From: Synergistales bacterium
GTDB lineage: Bacteria; Synergistota; Synergistia; Synergistales; JAFGMB01
Reading direction: 5' to 3'
Length of the DNA stretch: 64,000 bases
Assembly: GCA_963666205.1 (NCBI GenBank)
Contig: OY762654.1
Coordinates: 64,001 to 128,000 of the forward strand
In this document: piece after piece, positions 49,643 to 59,521 of the stretch
Layout of the letters: each line of letters starts with the position of its first letter
Position numbering within the stretch: the stretch's first letter is position 1
Translations under genes and position numbers: made by a program
Notes under the pieces: generated by a model
What the model saw: the letters and a program-made list of their open reading frames with translations, nothing else
What the model was told of the DNA's origin: nothing
The model's database searches: none

Positions 49643-50955
49643 TCACCCCCCTCTGGGGTAACTCCATTCACTTTAGATTCAATTTTATCAACGGGAAGAA
49701 TGGATACTTCCCCTCCCAGCTTACGTAGCTTTTCGTCAATATTTTCATATCCACGCCAGACATGGCCGAGATTAAAAATGTTTGTTTCGTCACATGCAGC
49801 AAGACCAGCAAGTATCAATGAAGCACCAGCTCTAAGGTCTGTAGCTACAACGTCTGCTCCAATAAGCTCCCTTACTCCCTTTATGATAGCTGTATGTCCC
49901 TGGACTTCAATTGATGAGCCCATCTTGTTCAATTCGCTTATATGACGGAATCTTGATTCGAATACACTTTCCTGGATAATGCTTGTTCCGTCGGCCAATG
50001 ACAGTGTAGCCATTATCTGAGGTTGAAGGTCCGTGGGAAAACCAGGAAAAGGCAGGGTTTTGAGAGAAACAGCCTTGATCTTGTCAACCGGATGAACGGT
50101 GACACTGTTTTCTGTTATAGATAGAGGGACTCCTGCTTCTTCGAGTTTTGCGATAAGTGCATCTACATGGTTGATATTCAGATCTGTGACCTGGACTTCT
50201 CCTCCTGTTATTACTCCAGCAAGCAGATAGGTACATGCTTCAATTCGATCTGGAATGATAGTTGCAGAAGCACTATCCAGTTCAGCAACTCCCTGAACAA
50301 GAATCTCACCTGTGGGACGTTCTTCGATCCTGGCACCCATAAGATTCAGAGTAGAGATAAGATTGGAGATCTCCGGTTCCCTCGCAACATTTTCCAGCAG
50401 CGTTTCTCCTTTTGCGAACACTGCTGCCATTAGAAGGTTTTCAGTTGCACCAACAGAGGGGAAATCAAGGTATATACGACAACCTTTCAGGCCTTTTGCG
50501 GATGCGTGAACAGCACCATGATCCAGTTCAATGGTAGCACCCATCCTGGAAAGTCCCTTGAGGTGAAGATCTATAGGCCTGCTTCCGATTGAACATCCCC
50601 CGGGTAGTGGCATAACAGCTTTTCCGCAACGGGCTACAAGGGGGCCAAGAACCAGTGAAGAAGCCCTCATTTTCCTTACCAGGTTGGCAGGAGTTTCCCA
50701 ACAAAGCTCAGAAGGAACCCTTAGGATCATTTCATGGCCGGTGTAGGATACATCCACTCCAAGAGTAGCAAGTAGATCTGCCATGGTTTTAATATCCCGG
50801 AGGTTAGGTACTCGACGGAGCTTAAGAGTCTTGTCTTTCAGAAGCAACGCTGAAGCCAGAATGGGAAGGGCAGCGTTCTTTGCTCCCTGGGTCGTTACTG
50901 TTCCCTTGAGTCTAATTCCACCTTTAATATTCATTTTAGAATTCAAAAAAATCAC
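49639..50955 (-). CDS. murA: UDP-N-acetylglucosamine 1-carboxyvinyltransferase
   Basis: GAKNAALP, MRAS, LPGGCSIGSRP (catalytic Cys), SVGATEN, PDRIE and DLRAGA; start approximate. Confidence 0.97.
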   Translation of the reverse strand: MIFLNSKMNIKGGIRLKGTVTTQGAKNAALPILASALLLKDKTLKLRRVPNLRDIKTMADLLATLGVDVSYTGHEMILRVPSELCWETPANLVRKMRASSLVLGPLVARCGKAVMPLPGGCSIGSRPIDLHLKGLSRMGATIELDHGAVHASAKGLKGCRIYLDFPSVGATENLLMAAVFAKGETLLENVAREPEISNLISTLNLMGARIEERPTGEILVQGVAELDSASATIIPDRIEACTYLLAGVITGGEVQVTDLNINHVDALIAKLEEAGVPLSITENSVTVHPVDKIKAVSLKTLPFPGFPTDLQPQIMATLSLADGTSIIQESVFESRFRHISELNKMGSSIEVQGHTAIIKGVRELIGADVVATDLRAGASLILAGLAACDETNIFNLGHVWRGYENIDEKLRKLGGEVSILPVDKIESKVNGVTPEGGD

Positions 50956-51028
50956 CTCAATGGCAGGGGTGAACTAATCACTTGCTTCGAAACTGCCAAA
51001 GTAAGTAAGTAGTCATATGAAATATACA

Positions 51029-52153
51029 CTATCTCGTGCTACAAAAAGATCGAATTATATTCTCGATCCTTTCTGCTGCTTTGCCATCTCCGAAAGGATT
51101 CCTGGGTTTATCCGTTATCTCTTTGTAATGTTCTCTGTCTTCAATTAATCTGCGGCATTCCCGGATTATATCAGCTGTATTTGTACCGACCAGGATGCCG
51201 GTTCCCTGTTCTGTAGCTTCGGGTCTTTCAGATTGATACCTAAGGATTAACAGTGGTTTCTGAAGAGCTGTTGCTTCTTCCTGAACTCCTCCACTGTCTG
51301 AAAGTATCATATAACTGAGTTGCATAAGTCTCACAAAATCAGGATAAGAAAGTGGTTCACAGAGAGTAAGTCTTTTCTGATCTGAAAGAGAGCTATACAC
51401 TATTTTACGAACTTCCGGGTTTTTATGAACCGGGAATATGACATGGAAGTTATCATACTGGGATAACAGGGTCTTTATGGCTTTACATATAGAAGTCATG
51501 GGTTGCCCCCAGGATTCCCTTCTATGCGCTGTAACCAGCACTATCCTTTTATTTGGGGAAAGATGAGCAACACAGTCCGGTTTATATGATCCCAGATTCT
51601 CTATAGTCCAGAAAAGCGAGTCTATTACTGTATTTCCTGTAATGAAAACCTTATCACGATCCCTTCCCTCTGATATAAGGTTTTTATGGGCATGAATAGT
51701 TGGAGCGAAAAAGAGCGTAGAAAGATCATCGGCTAATATCCTGTTAAGTTCTTCCGGAAATGGAAGATAAGGGTCGTGACTTCTCAGACCAGCCTCTACG
51801 TGTCCTACAGGTATTTTACGGTAAAAAGCAGCTAAGGCGGAGGCAAATGTAGTTGTAGTATCCCCATGAACAAGAACCATATCAGGGCATTCTTTATCCA
51901 GAACCTGTCCTACCCCTTCCAATACACTGGAAGTAAGATAATCAAGAGACTGCTTTTCTTTCATTATCTTAAGGTTAAAATCAGGAAGGATGCTGAAGTG
52001 CGATAAAGCCTGATCCAGCATATCTGTGTGCTGACCAGTTGCAAGAACCCCACATTTAAATTCCTTGGACATTTGGAACTTTTTTATCACAGGAGCCATC
52101 TTTATTGCTTCAGGGCGTGTACCAACAACACAGATAAGATATTTAGTCTCCAA
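51029..52153 (-). CDS. wecB: UDP-N-acetylglucosamine 2-epimerase (non-hydrolysing)
   Basis: GTRPEAIKMAP, TGQH, HGDT, HVEAGLR, PFPEE and DSGG.QEE. Confidence 0.96.
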   Translation of the reverse strand: METKYLICVVGTRPEAIKMAPVIKKFQMSKEFKCGVLATGQHTDMLDQALSHFSILPDFNLKIMKEKQSLDYLTSSVLEGVGQVLDKECPDMVLVHGDTTTTFASALAAFYRKIPVGHVEAGLRSHDPYLPFPEELNRILADDLSTLFFAPTIHAHKNLISEGRDRDKVFITGNTVIDSLFWTIENLGSYKPDCVAHLSPNKRIVLVTAHRRESWGQPMTSICKAIKTLLSQYDNFHVIFPVHKNPEVRKIVYSSLSDQKRLTLCEPLSYPDFVRLMQLSYMILSDSGGVQEEATALQKPLLILRYQSERPEATEQGTGILVGTNTADIIRECRRLIEDREHYKEITDKPRNPFGDGKAAERIENIIRSFCSTR

Positions 52154-52173
52154 TTAGATCCTCCAGGTATAAA

Positions 52174-53061
52174 CTAAGCCCAGCATAACAAAAGGTAGAT
52201 TCCAGATGTAAGCAAAAGGCCATGTGCTATTGTAAGGGTCAAGACAGTGGAAGTTCCCGTTAACCCTCTATCAAGAAGTCGATGGTGAAGGTGTCCCCTA
52301 TCAGCCATAAAAGGAGATCCATGATGTAAAGATCTTCTGGTTATTGCAAACAGAGTATCCACTGCAGGTATTCCTCCCAATAGGGATAGTATGACAAGGA
52401 GATAAAAAAAGTCCAGTCCCCGGATCCTTTCTGGAAAGGAAAGAATTAAATGAGAGGAAAAAATAAAACCCAGCACAGTACTTCCACCATCACCCAGAAA
52501 AGTCAAAGCCCTGGGGAAGTTCCATCTCAGCAGGCCTAGAGAAAGTCCCATAAGGGGCCACCAATAGATCTTAGGCGTCCACAACGAAGTAATGAACACT
52601 GAAGTCAGAAATAGCATCAGGCATAACCCATTTATGCCATCAATGAGGTTATATGCATTTGTCATCCCGGTGATCCAGATTATGAGTATCATTTTTTCAG
52701 GCAGTCCCATACCCAGCGGAGATACTACAATGGCGGCCGCTATAAAATGGAGCCCGAATCTCAGAATCGGTCTTACCGGTGTGATGTCGTCAAGATACCC
52801 TGTGAGAAAAACCATCGTTACAGCTGTTCCATAATATCCTATCATTGCCCCTTGCGGAGAGAAAAAAAGAGTCCATAACATATAACCTGTCCATAAGACC
52901 AACCCCCCCCCATAGGGGGTAACGCTACTGTGGGTCTTTCTTCCACCCGGGAGGTCCAGTATCCGGAAACGTTTAGAAATACTTATGGATACTGGTGTTA
53001 TGATCAGACTCCAAAGGAATAGCATGCAAGAAATCCAGATAATGTGGGCAATAGAATTCAT
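52174..53061 (-). CDS. WecA/TagO-like undecaprenyl-phosphate GlcNAc-1-phosphate transferase (MraY superfamily)
   Basis: Multi-TM; GYLDD, NAYNLIDGINGL, FLGDGGS and DRGHLHHRL. Confidence 0.9.
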   Translation of the reverse strand: MNSIAHIIWISCMLFLWSLIITPVSISISKRFRILDLPGGRKTHSSVTPYGGGLVLWTGYMLWTLFFSPQGAMIGYYGTAVTMVFLTGYLDDITPVRPILRFGLHFIAAAIVVSPLGMGLPEKMILIIWITGMTNAYNLIDGINGLCLMLFLTSVFITSLWTPKIYWWPLMGLSLGLLRWNFPRALTFLGDGGSTVLGFIFSSHLILSFPERIRGLDFFYLLVILSLLGGIPAVDTLFAITRRSLHHGSPFMADRGHLHHRLLDRGLTGTSTVLTLTIAHGLLLTSGIYLLLCWA

Positions 53062-53063
53062 CT

Positions 53064-54158
53064 TTATTTTGTTCCGTAGAGACGGTCTCCTGCATCTCCA
53101 AGTCCTGGAACGATGTATGCATGGTCATTAAGATGATCATCCAGAGCGGCTATGAAGATATCGACATCAGGATGCTCAGAATGGACTCTTGCTACTCCTT
53201 CTGGTGCCCCTATCAGACAGACAAGGGAAATCTTTTTCGCACCCTTTCTTTTAATCAAGGATATGGCAGCAGAGGCAGATCCACCTGTTGCAAGCATGGG
53301 ATCGATAACCAGAATGTCTCTTTCTTCAATGTCCCCGGGAAGTTTACAATAATATTCAACAGGTTCAAAAGTCTGTGGATCGCGATATAATCCAATATGA
53401 CCTACCTTAGCATTCGGAATAAGCTGGAGAATACCGTCAACCATTCCCAGACCGGCCCTGAGAACTGGTACAATTGCTAACTTCTTGCCTGCAAGAGTGT
53501 ATGCCTCTGTCTTGGCTACAGGTGTTTCTACAGTTGTTTTTTCCAGAGGAAGATCTCTTGTAATTTCATAGACCATAAGACCGGCTATTTCCTGTACAAG
53601 TTCCCGGAATTCCTTTACTGAAGTGTTTTTATCCCTGATCATCGTAACTTTATGTTGTATAAGTGGATGATTAAAGATAACAGTTTTAGCATTTCTTTCA
53701 GAATCTGTCCGGCACATGCGCTTTTCTTCATTTGTGATCTTTTCGAATCTTCTTAAATGACGATTACCTTCAAAATCAGTATTCAGCCATGTGCTAACTA
53801 TTTCCATTGCAGCTGGTTCAGAGAGAAGTCTTGCGCCCAGTGTCAGGATATTTGCATTATTGTGGGTTCGACTTAACCGGGCAGTCTCCAGATCATGAAC
53901 TACAGCCGCATAGGCTCCAGGTACTTTGTTAGCAGCTATGGACATACCGATACCAGTACCGCAAACAAGTATACCTTTATCAGCTTTCTTATCAGCTACG
54001 AAGTTTGCCACAAGAATCGCATAATCTGGATAATCACAGCTTGTTTCCTTACTATCTGTTCCCATGTCAACAACCTCATGACCGTTCTGTACCAGATAGT
54101 CTTTTAATGACTCTTTTAAAGTAAATCCTGCATGATCTGAACCCAAGGCAATCAGCAT
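53064..54158 (-). CDS. rpiB-upp: Fused ribose-5-phosphate isomerase B / uracil phosphoribosyltransferase
   Basis: N-half SDHAG, DYPD, CGTGIG, HNNAN and RH.RR. C-half [22 protein letters not shown] and PGLGDAGDR. One continuous frame. Confidence 0.93.
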   Translation of the reverse strand: MLIALGSDHAGFTLKESLKDYLVQNGHEVVDMGTDSKETSCDYPDYAILVANFVADKKADKGILVCGTGIGMSIAANKVPGAYAAVVHDLETARLSRTHNNANILTLGARLLSEPAAMEIVSTWLNTDFEGNRHLRRFEKITNEEKRMCRTDSERNAKTVIFNHPLIQHKVTMIRDKNTSVKEFRELVQEIAGLMVYEITRDLPLEKTTVETPVAKTEAYTLAGKKLAIVPVLRAGLGMVDGILQLIPNAKVGHIGLYRDPQTFEPVEYYCKLPGDIEERDILVIDPMLATGGSASAAISLIKRKGAKKISLVCLIGAPEGVARVHSEHPDVDIFIAALDDHLNDHAYIVPGLGDAGDRLYGTK

Positions 54159-54211
54159 ATGGTCAACCTCCCCGTTATTCCTTATAAATTGATTGGATGA
54201 TTTTTCTCAAC

Positions 54212-54243
54212 AGAAAGGGTACAGGAAAACCCCGTACCCCTCT
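54212..54243 (-). terminator. Probable terminator of the mmd operon
   Basis: Minus strand ggggtacgggg-tttt-cctgtaccc followed by tttct. Confidence 0.5.
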
Positions 54244-54298
54244 GACGAGACATTATCAATATAAGTATAACCCTAAATGTATAGTATAGGATTTCACT

Positions 54299-55417
54299 TC
54301 AGCTCAACAGAGTAAGCATAACCCCGGCAGCGACGGCAGTACCGATTACTCCGGCCACATTCGGACCCATGGCATGCATGAGGAGGAAATTGCTGGGGTT
54401 CTCCTGCTGGCATATTCTCTGGACCACCCTGGCGGCCATGGGGACGGCACTCACTCCTGCCGCTCCTATCATGGGATTTATCTTTCCCCCGCTTATTATC
54501 TTCATAAGCTGGCCGAAGAGGGTTCCTCCGGCGGTGCTGAAGATGAAGGCCACCAGTCCCAGAAGTATTATCTTCAGAGTTCCCAGGGTCAGGAAATATT
54601 CGGCACTCATTGTGGCTCCTACCGACAGTCCGAGGAAGATGGTGGTGGCATTGAGTATCTCGTTCTGGGCCGCCTGGTTGAGCCTTTCCGTAACTCCGCA
54701 TTCCCGGAGAAGGTTGCCGAACATGAGCACTCCTATGAGGGGTACACTTGCCGGCAGGATAAGGCCGGCTGCTATGGTGCATATGACGGGAAAGAGCACT
54801 CTCTCAAGCTTGCTAACAGGACGGAGATTGTCCATCCTTATGGCACGGTCCTCCTTCGTGGTAAGCATCCTTATCACGGGCGGCTGAATGAGGGGCACCA
54901 GGGCCATGTAGCTGTAGGCCGCCACCGCTACGGCTCCCAGTATCTGGGGTGCCAGCTTGATGGTCAGGTATATGCTCGTGGGACCGTCCGCTCCTCCTAT
55001 GATGGCTATGGAGGCTGCTTCCTTCACGCTGAAACCGAGCATGAGCGCTCCGAAGAGGGCTATGAATACTCCCAGCTGCGCCGCCGCTCCAAGAAGAAAG
55101 GTTACGGGGTTGGCCAGAAGGGGCGCAAAGTCCGTCAGCGCTCCCACTCCCATGAAGATTATTACGGGATATATCTCGTGCTGGGTTCCGAAAAATATGT
55201 AATACAGAAATCCGCCTTCGTCCATTATCCCCGACAGAGGCAGGTTAACAAGGAGGCATCCGAAGGCTATGGGTACGAGCAGAAGGGGCTCGAATCCCTT
55301 CCTTATGGCCAGGTAGAGCATGACGAAGGCCACAAGGAGCATGGTGATGTTACCTCCACTTATGCCGGCAAAGCCGGATTCGTTCATTATCTTGACAAGT
55401 GCTTCAAAATATACCAT
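54299..55417 (-). CDS. mmdB: Na+-translocating decarboxylase beta subunit
   Basis: FEPLLL.PI, GAAAQ.G, IIGGADGPT, AAYSYMALVP, GVSAVPMAARV and HAMGPNVAGV. Confidence 0.93.
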   Translation of the reverse strand: MVYFEALVKIMNESGFAGISGGNITMLLVAFVMLYLAIRKGFEPLLLVPIAFGCLLVNLPLSGIMDEGGFLYYIFFGTQHEIYPVIIFMGVGALTDFAPLLANPVTFLLGAAAQLGVFIALFGALMLGFSVKEAASIAIIGGADGPTSIYLTIKLAPQILGAVAVAAYSYMALVPLIQPPVIRMLTTKEDRAIRMDNLRPVSKLERVLFPVICTIAAGLILPASVPLIGVLMFGNLLRECGVTERLNQAAQNEILNATTIFLGLSVGATMSAEYFLTLGTLKIILLGLVAFIFSTAGGTLFGQLMKIISGGKINPMIGAAGVSAVPMAARVVQRICQQENPSNFLLMHAMGPNVAGVIGTAVAAGVMLTLLS

Positions 55418-55488
55418 AGGGGCGTTTCTCCCTCCTTTGTCCTCTTTCCTGTTTCCCAGTCCGGTAACTGGTTAAAGGGGAGGGACTT

Positions 55489-55896
55489 CTAGCCTATCAC
55501 TAACAGAAGGTCTCCGGTGTTTACGGAGTCACCGTCATGTGCCCTTACTTCCTTCACTGTGCCGCCGGCGGGAGCAAGTATCTCGTTCTCCATCTTCATG
55601 GCTTCCAGAACCAGAAGAAGATCCCCTGCGTTCACCGCTGCTCCACTCTGGACAACCACCCTCAGTACCTTGCCGGGCATGGGGGCGGATATCTCCGTTC
55701 CCTCTACGGGGCCTGCCGGTGCCGGCGCTGCTGCTGGTTTGGGGGCAGGAGATGCTGCCGGCGCCGCTGCTGGTGCCGCTACTGCTGCCGTAACTGGTGC
55801 TGGGCTCGATGATGCGGGTGCACTGCTGCCTCCGAGTTCTTCCACTTCTACTTCGTAACTCGTTCCATCTACGGTCACTCTGTATTTCTTTGCCAT
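55489..55896 (-). CDS. mmdC: Biotin carboxyl carrier (gamma) subunit
   Basis: Y.VTV.G..YEVEVEE, Ala/Pro-rich linker and EAMKM biotinylation motif. Confidence 0.93.
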   Translation of the reverse strand: MAKKYRVTVDGTSYEVEVEELGGSSAPASSSPAPVTAAVAAPAAAPAASPAPKPAAAPAPAGPVEGTEISAPMPGKVLRVVVQSGAAVNAGDLLLVLEAMKMENEILAPAGGTVKEVRAHDGDSVNTGDLLLVIG

Positions 55897-55929
55897 CTTA
55901 TCTTCCTCCCGGACTTCCCACCTATGTTG

Positions 55930-55961
55930 GATTTTAGATTTTAGATTTTAGATTTTAGATT
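55930..55961. repeat. Heptamer tandem repeat (ATTTTAG), about 4.5 copies
   Basis: g-attttag-attttag-attttag-attttag-att. Confidence 0.9.
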
Positions 55962-56057
55962 AAGGCCATTCAGAAACGCTGAAAACATTCAAACAGTTTA
56001 AAACGTTTATATCCTTCGATCAGTCTGTCCCAGGGGGGGCAGTTTAATTCCCCGTCC

Positions 56058-56492
56058 TCAGGCCTTCCTCTTCCAGGGGTCCTTTACCATTCCCTGGTAG
56101 TTCTCCAGAAGGGCACTGGCCCTCCAGCCTCCTGAAAGAGTTCCCCTTACCCCACTGCCTGCGGGCGTTATGCTCTTTATCCTTACTGCCCTGCCTGTGG
56201 AGGCGAGGATGGCTGCACTTATGGCCGCTGCCAGCTTCCCTCCTTCAGGGGTCGACGGCGCTCGGGATGATACCTCTGCTGCCGGGCTTTCCTTCGGGGG
56301 GGCTGACTTTACCCTTTCCCCTCCCCTGGGGGGGGTGACTCCCTTATTACCCATTCCTCCTCCGAGGGCTGCCAGATACTTCACACAGTAGATAATGAGG
56401 GTCAGTCCTCCAAGTACCAGAAAGACCGTAGAAAAGGCTATGAGGGCGAGGCTCAGGGCCCCTCCTATTCCGTTGCTGAACTGGTTGCCCAT
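56058..56492 (-). CDS. mmdD: OadG/MmdD-family (delta) membrane subunit
   Basis: N-terminal TM with VFLVL, Pro-rich linker, AAISAAI motif and GW; lies between mmdA and mmdC. Confidence 0.8.
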   Translation of the reverse strand: MGNQFSNGIGGALSLALIAFSTVFLVLGGLTLIIYCVKYLAALGGGMGNKGVTPPRGGERVKSAPPKESPAAEVSSRAPSTPEGGKLAAAISAAILASTGRAVRIKSITPAGSGVRGTLSGGWRASALLENYQGMVKDPWKRKA

Positions 56493-56518
56493 GGTGTGTC
56501 TCTCTCCTCCCTCGTCCC

Positions 56519-58078
56519 CTACTGGGGCATTACGGAATGTTTCTTCCGGGGCAGGCTTTCCCTCTTGCCTTCCGTGGCCTTGAGGGCTTCGTAGATCTCA
56601 CCTCGGGTCTCTTCCGGAAGGATAACCCTGTCTACCAGTCCTCGCTTGGCTGCCTGGTAGGGGTTGGCAAAGGCTTCCCTGTATTCATCTATCTTCTGCT
56701 GCCTCTCTAGCTGCTGGTCCGCCGCTTTCTCGATTTCCTTACGAAATACTATGTTCGCGGCTCCTTCGGCTCCCATAACGGCTATCTCTGCCTGGGGCCA
56801 GGCAAGTACCATGTCAGCTCCAAGGGCCTTGCTGCACATTCCCAGGTAGGCTCCTCCATAGCTCTTCCGAAGGACTACCGTGATCAGGGGTACTGTGGCT
56901 TCGCTGTAGGCGTAAAGAAGCTTGGCTCCATGCCTTATAATACCGCCCCATTCCTGCGCGGTACCGGGTAGATAGCCGGGTACGTCCACAAAGGTCACTA
57001 TGGGTATGTTGAAGGCATCGCAGTGGCGGATAAAACGGCTGGCCTTGTCTGAACAGTCTATGTCCAGGCAGCCTGCCATGTTGCTGGCCTGGTTGGCCAC
57101 TATGCCCACTGCTTTCCCTCCGATCCTTCCGTAACCGGTGACTATGTTCTTCGCCCAGAGAGCCTGCACTTCAAAAAAACGGCCATCGTCAAGCACTCTC
57201 TTCAGTACTTCATGAACATGGTAACTCTTGTTCGGGTTCGTGGGCACTATGTTCCTGAGTTCCAGATCCCTCCGGTAGGGATCGTCATCGCTCTCCTTAA
57301 CGGGCGCATCCTCCATGTTGTTGGAGGGCAGGTAACCAAGTACTGTCCTTACCTGTTCAAAACATTCCTGCTCGCTCTTCGCAAAAAAATGGGCGTTCCC
57401 GCTGCGGCTGTTGTGCGCCATGGCTCCGCCTATCTGTTCGCTGGTAACTTCCTCTCCCGTGACCGCCTTGATCACGGCGGGCCCCGTTATATGCATTATC
57501 CCCGTCTTGTCCACCATGAAAATGTAGTCCGTCAGCGCTGGACTGTAAACAGCACCTCCCGCTGTGGGACCTACTATCACTGACAGCTGGGGAATTACTC
57601 CGCTGGCTATGGTGTTACGGTAAAATATACCACCGTATCCGTCCAGTGAATCCACCGCTTCCTGGATCCTCGCTCCTCCACTGTCGTTGATGCCTACTAC
57701 AGGGGCTCCGTTCCTCATCGCAAGGTCCATTACCTTCCAGATCTTGTGGGCATGCTTCTCTCCCAATGAACCTCCCAGTACAGTGAAATCCTGGCTGTAT
57801 ACGTATACCGGACGACCTTCCACTGTCCCCCAGCCCGTCACTACTCCGTCCCCGGGATATACCTTGCTCTCCATTCCAAAATGGCTGCAGCGGTGCTCCA
57901 CAAATTCGTCTATCTCTATAAAACTGCCTGCGTCAAGTAATAGCTCTATCCTCTCCCGCGCCGTCAGCTTACCCTTAGACTTCTGCTTCTCTATCGCCCC
58001 GGGACCGCCTCCCTCGCGGACCTGCTCTCGCTTCGCCTCCAATTGCTCACATAGTTCGTCTATATGCCTCTCCGACAT
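56519..58078 (-). CDS. mmdA: Methylmalonyl-CoA decarboxylase alpha (carboxyltransferase) subunit
   Basis: KLTARERI, GDGVVTG, QDFTV.GGSLG, DSGGARIQE, DVPG..PG..QE.GG and AVMGAEGA. Confidence 0.9.
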   Translation of the reverse strand: MSERHIDELCEQLEAKREQVREGGGPGAIEKQKSKGKLTARERIELLLDAGSFIEIDEFVEHRCSHFGMESKVYPGDGVVTGWGTVEGRPVYVYSQDFTVLGGSLGEKHAHKIWKVMDLAMRNGAPVVGINDSGGARIQEAVDSLDGYGGIFYRNTIASGVIPQLSVIVGPTAGGAVYSPALTDYIFMVDKTGIMHITGPAVIKAVTGEEVTSEQIGGAMAHNSRSGNAHFFAKSEQECFEQVRTVLGYLPSNNMEDAPVKESDDDPYRRDLELRNIVPTNPNKSYHVHEVLKRVLDDGRFFEVQALWAKNIVTGYGRIGGKAVGIVANQASNMAGCLDIDCSDKASRFIRHCDAFNIPIVTFVDVPGYLPGTAQEWGGIIRHGAKLLYAYSEATVPLITVVLRKSYGGAYLGMCSKALGADMVLAWPQAEIAVMGAEGAANIVFRKEIEKAADQQLERQQKIDEYREAFANPYQAAKRGLVDRVILPEETRGEIYEALKATEGKRESLPRKKHSVMPQ

Positions 58079-58115
58079 GGCCTTCGCATTCCTCCTTATA
58101 GAAAGATCATGAAGA

Positions 58116-59057
58116 TCAATTATTTAAAAAAACCATTTCCAGTATTTTACCGGCAACTGTATAAGGGTCTGTCTTTTTGGCCAGCAATGAGTCAAGAAGT
58201 TCCCGGGTGCAGTGCTCTTTCCATGTTTTTTCTGTGAATCGAGCTATCTCTCGCTGCAGTATCTCTTCAACTTCTATGGTTATCCTTTTCAATTTTTTAT
58301 CCAAACCTTCTCTTGATCCAGAGAGGAATCTTCCGTGGTCCATAAGACTCTGAGTCAGTTCTGGGAGACCTTTTGCTTTCTCTGCAACAGTAGTTAGCAC
58401 CGGTGGGGTCCAGGTTCCATGTTTTACGAGATCCAGCATTATCCTGACTTCCGCTACGACTCGTTCAAAACCATCCCTGTCTGCCTTATTGACGACGAAA
58501 ACATCTGCTATTTCCATAATTCCTGCTTTCATTATCTGTATATCATCGCCCATACCGGGTACAAGTATAAGGCATACGCTGTCAGCGATCTTGACAATAT
58601 CTATTTCTGACTGGCCAACTCCAACAGTTTCGATAAATATTACATCCTTACCGCAAGCATCAAGAATCATCGCTGCCTCATATGTTGACTTTGCAAGACC
58701 TCCCAGAGATCCCCTGGTCCCCATACTTCTGATATAGACATTAGGGTCCACTGAATGCCTCTGCATCCTGATTCTATCGGCAAGAATAGCCCCACCAGTA
58801 AAGGGGCTTGAAGGGTCAACGGCAATAACTCCAACGTTCTTCCCCTGCTGTTTAAAGTTGTCTATGAGCTTATCCGTCAGAGTGCTTTTTCCTGCTCCCG
58901 GACTTCCGGTAATACCGATAATATGAGCATTACCAGTATGAGGATATATCAATTTCATAATTTCTTCAGTATAAGGAGATTCACTTTCAACCATTGTGAT
59001 GATCCGCGCAATCGATCGAATATGTCCTCCAAGAGCTTTCTGAACTAAAGCCTGCAA
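58116..59057 (-). CDS. meaB: Methylmalonyl-CoA mutase-associated GTPase MeaB
   Basis: GSPGAGKS, AVDPSSP.TGGAIL.DRIRM, ETVGVGQSE and NKAD. Confidence 0.95.
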   Translation of the reverse strand: MQALVQKALGGHIRSIARIITMVESESPYTEEIMKLIYPHTGNAHIIGITGSPGAGKSTLTDKLIDNFKQQGKNVGVIAVDPSSPFTGGAILADRIRMQRHSVDPNVYIRSMGTRGSLGGLAKSTYEAAMILDACGKDVIFIETVGVGQSEIDIVKIADSVCLILVPGMGDDIQIMKAGIMEIADVFVVNKADRDGFERVVAEVRIMLDLVKHGTWTPPVLTTVAEKAKGLPELTQSLMDHGRFLSGSREGLDKKLKRITIEVEEILQREIARFTEKTWKEHCTRELLDSLLAKKTDPYTVAGKILEMVFLNN

Positions 59058-59060
59058 TTT

Positions 59061-59480
59061 TTAACGTGTCTCCATGGCTCGTTTTTCTTTAACAGCATTT
59101 TTAAGCCAATCTGAACATGATGTGGTGGGCGTTCCAGGACCAAAAATAGCCCCTGCTCCAATTTCAAGAAGATGGGGAACATCATCTTCAGGTATAACTC
59201 CTCCTCCAAAAACAATAATGTCGGAGGCTTCCTTCTCTTTAAGAAGATCTATTACCTTAGAAAAATAGTACTCATGTGCACCAGAAAGGATACTAATACC
59301 GATTGCATCTGCATCTTCCTGTATTGCTGTCTCGACGATCTGTTCCGGGGTCTGGCGAAGGCCTGTATAGATAACCTCCATTCCTGAATCTCTGAGAGCC
59401 CTTGCGATCACCTTTGCTCCCCTGTCATGTCCATCCAGGCCAGGTTTGGCCACTACAACACGGATCTTATCTTCAGCCAT
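59061..59480 (-). CDS. Methylmalonyl-CoA mutase small, cobalamin-binding subunit
   Basis: [10 protein letters not shown] (DxHxxG), SILSGAH and GGVIP. Confidence 0.95.
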   Translation of the reverse strand: MAEDKIRVVVAKPGLDGHDRGAKVIARALRDSGMEVIYTGLRQTPEQIVETAIQEDADAIGISILSGAHEYYFSKVIDLLKEKEASDIIVFGGGVIPEDDVPHLLEIGAGAIFGPGTPTTSCSDWLKNAVKEKRAMETR

Positions 59481-59521
59481 GATAATATTCCTCCTCTTGA
59501 GATCTTTTTATAATAAAGATC

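Noticed and set aside
54374-55492. 372-aa plus-strand ORF antisense to mmdB, and other long ORFs in 54294-58112
   Set aside because: Mirror frames of well-supported genes in a GC-rich block with few stop codons; no recognisable motifs.
55930-55961. Repeat as a possible CRISPR or iteron array
   Set aside because: Contiguous 7-mers with no spacers, and no cas or rep genes nearby.
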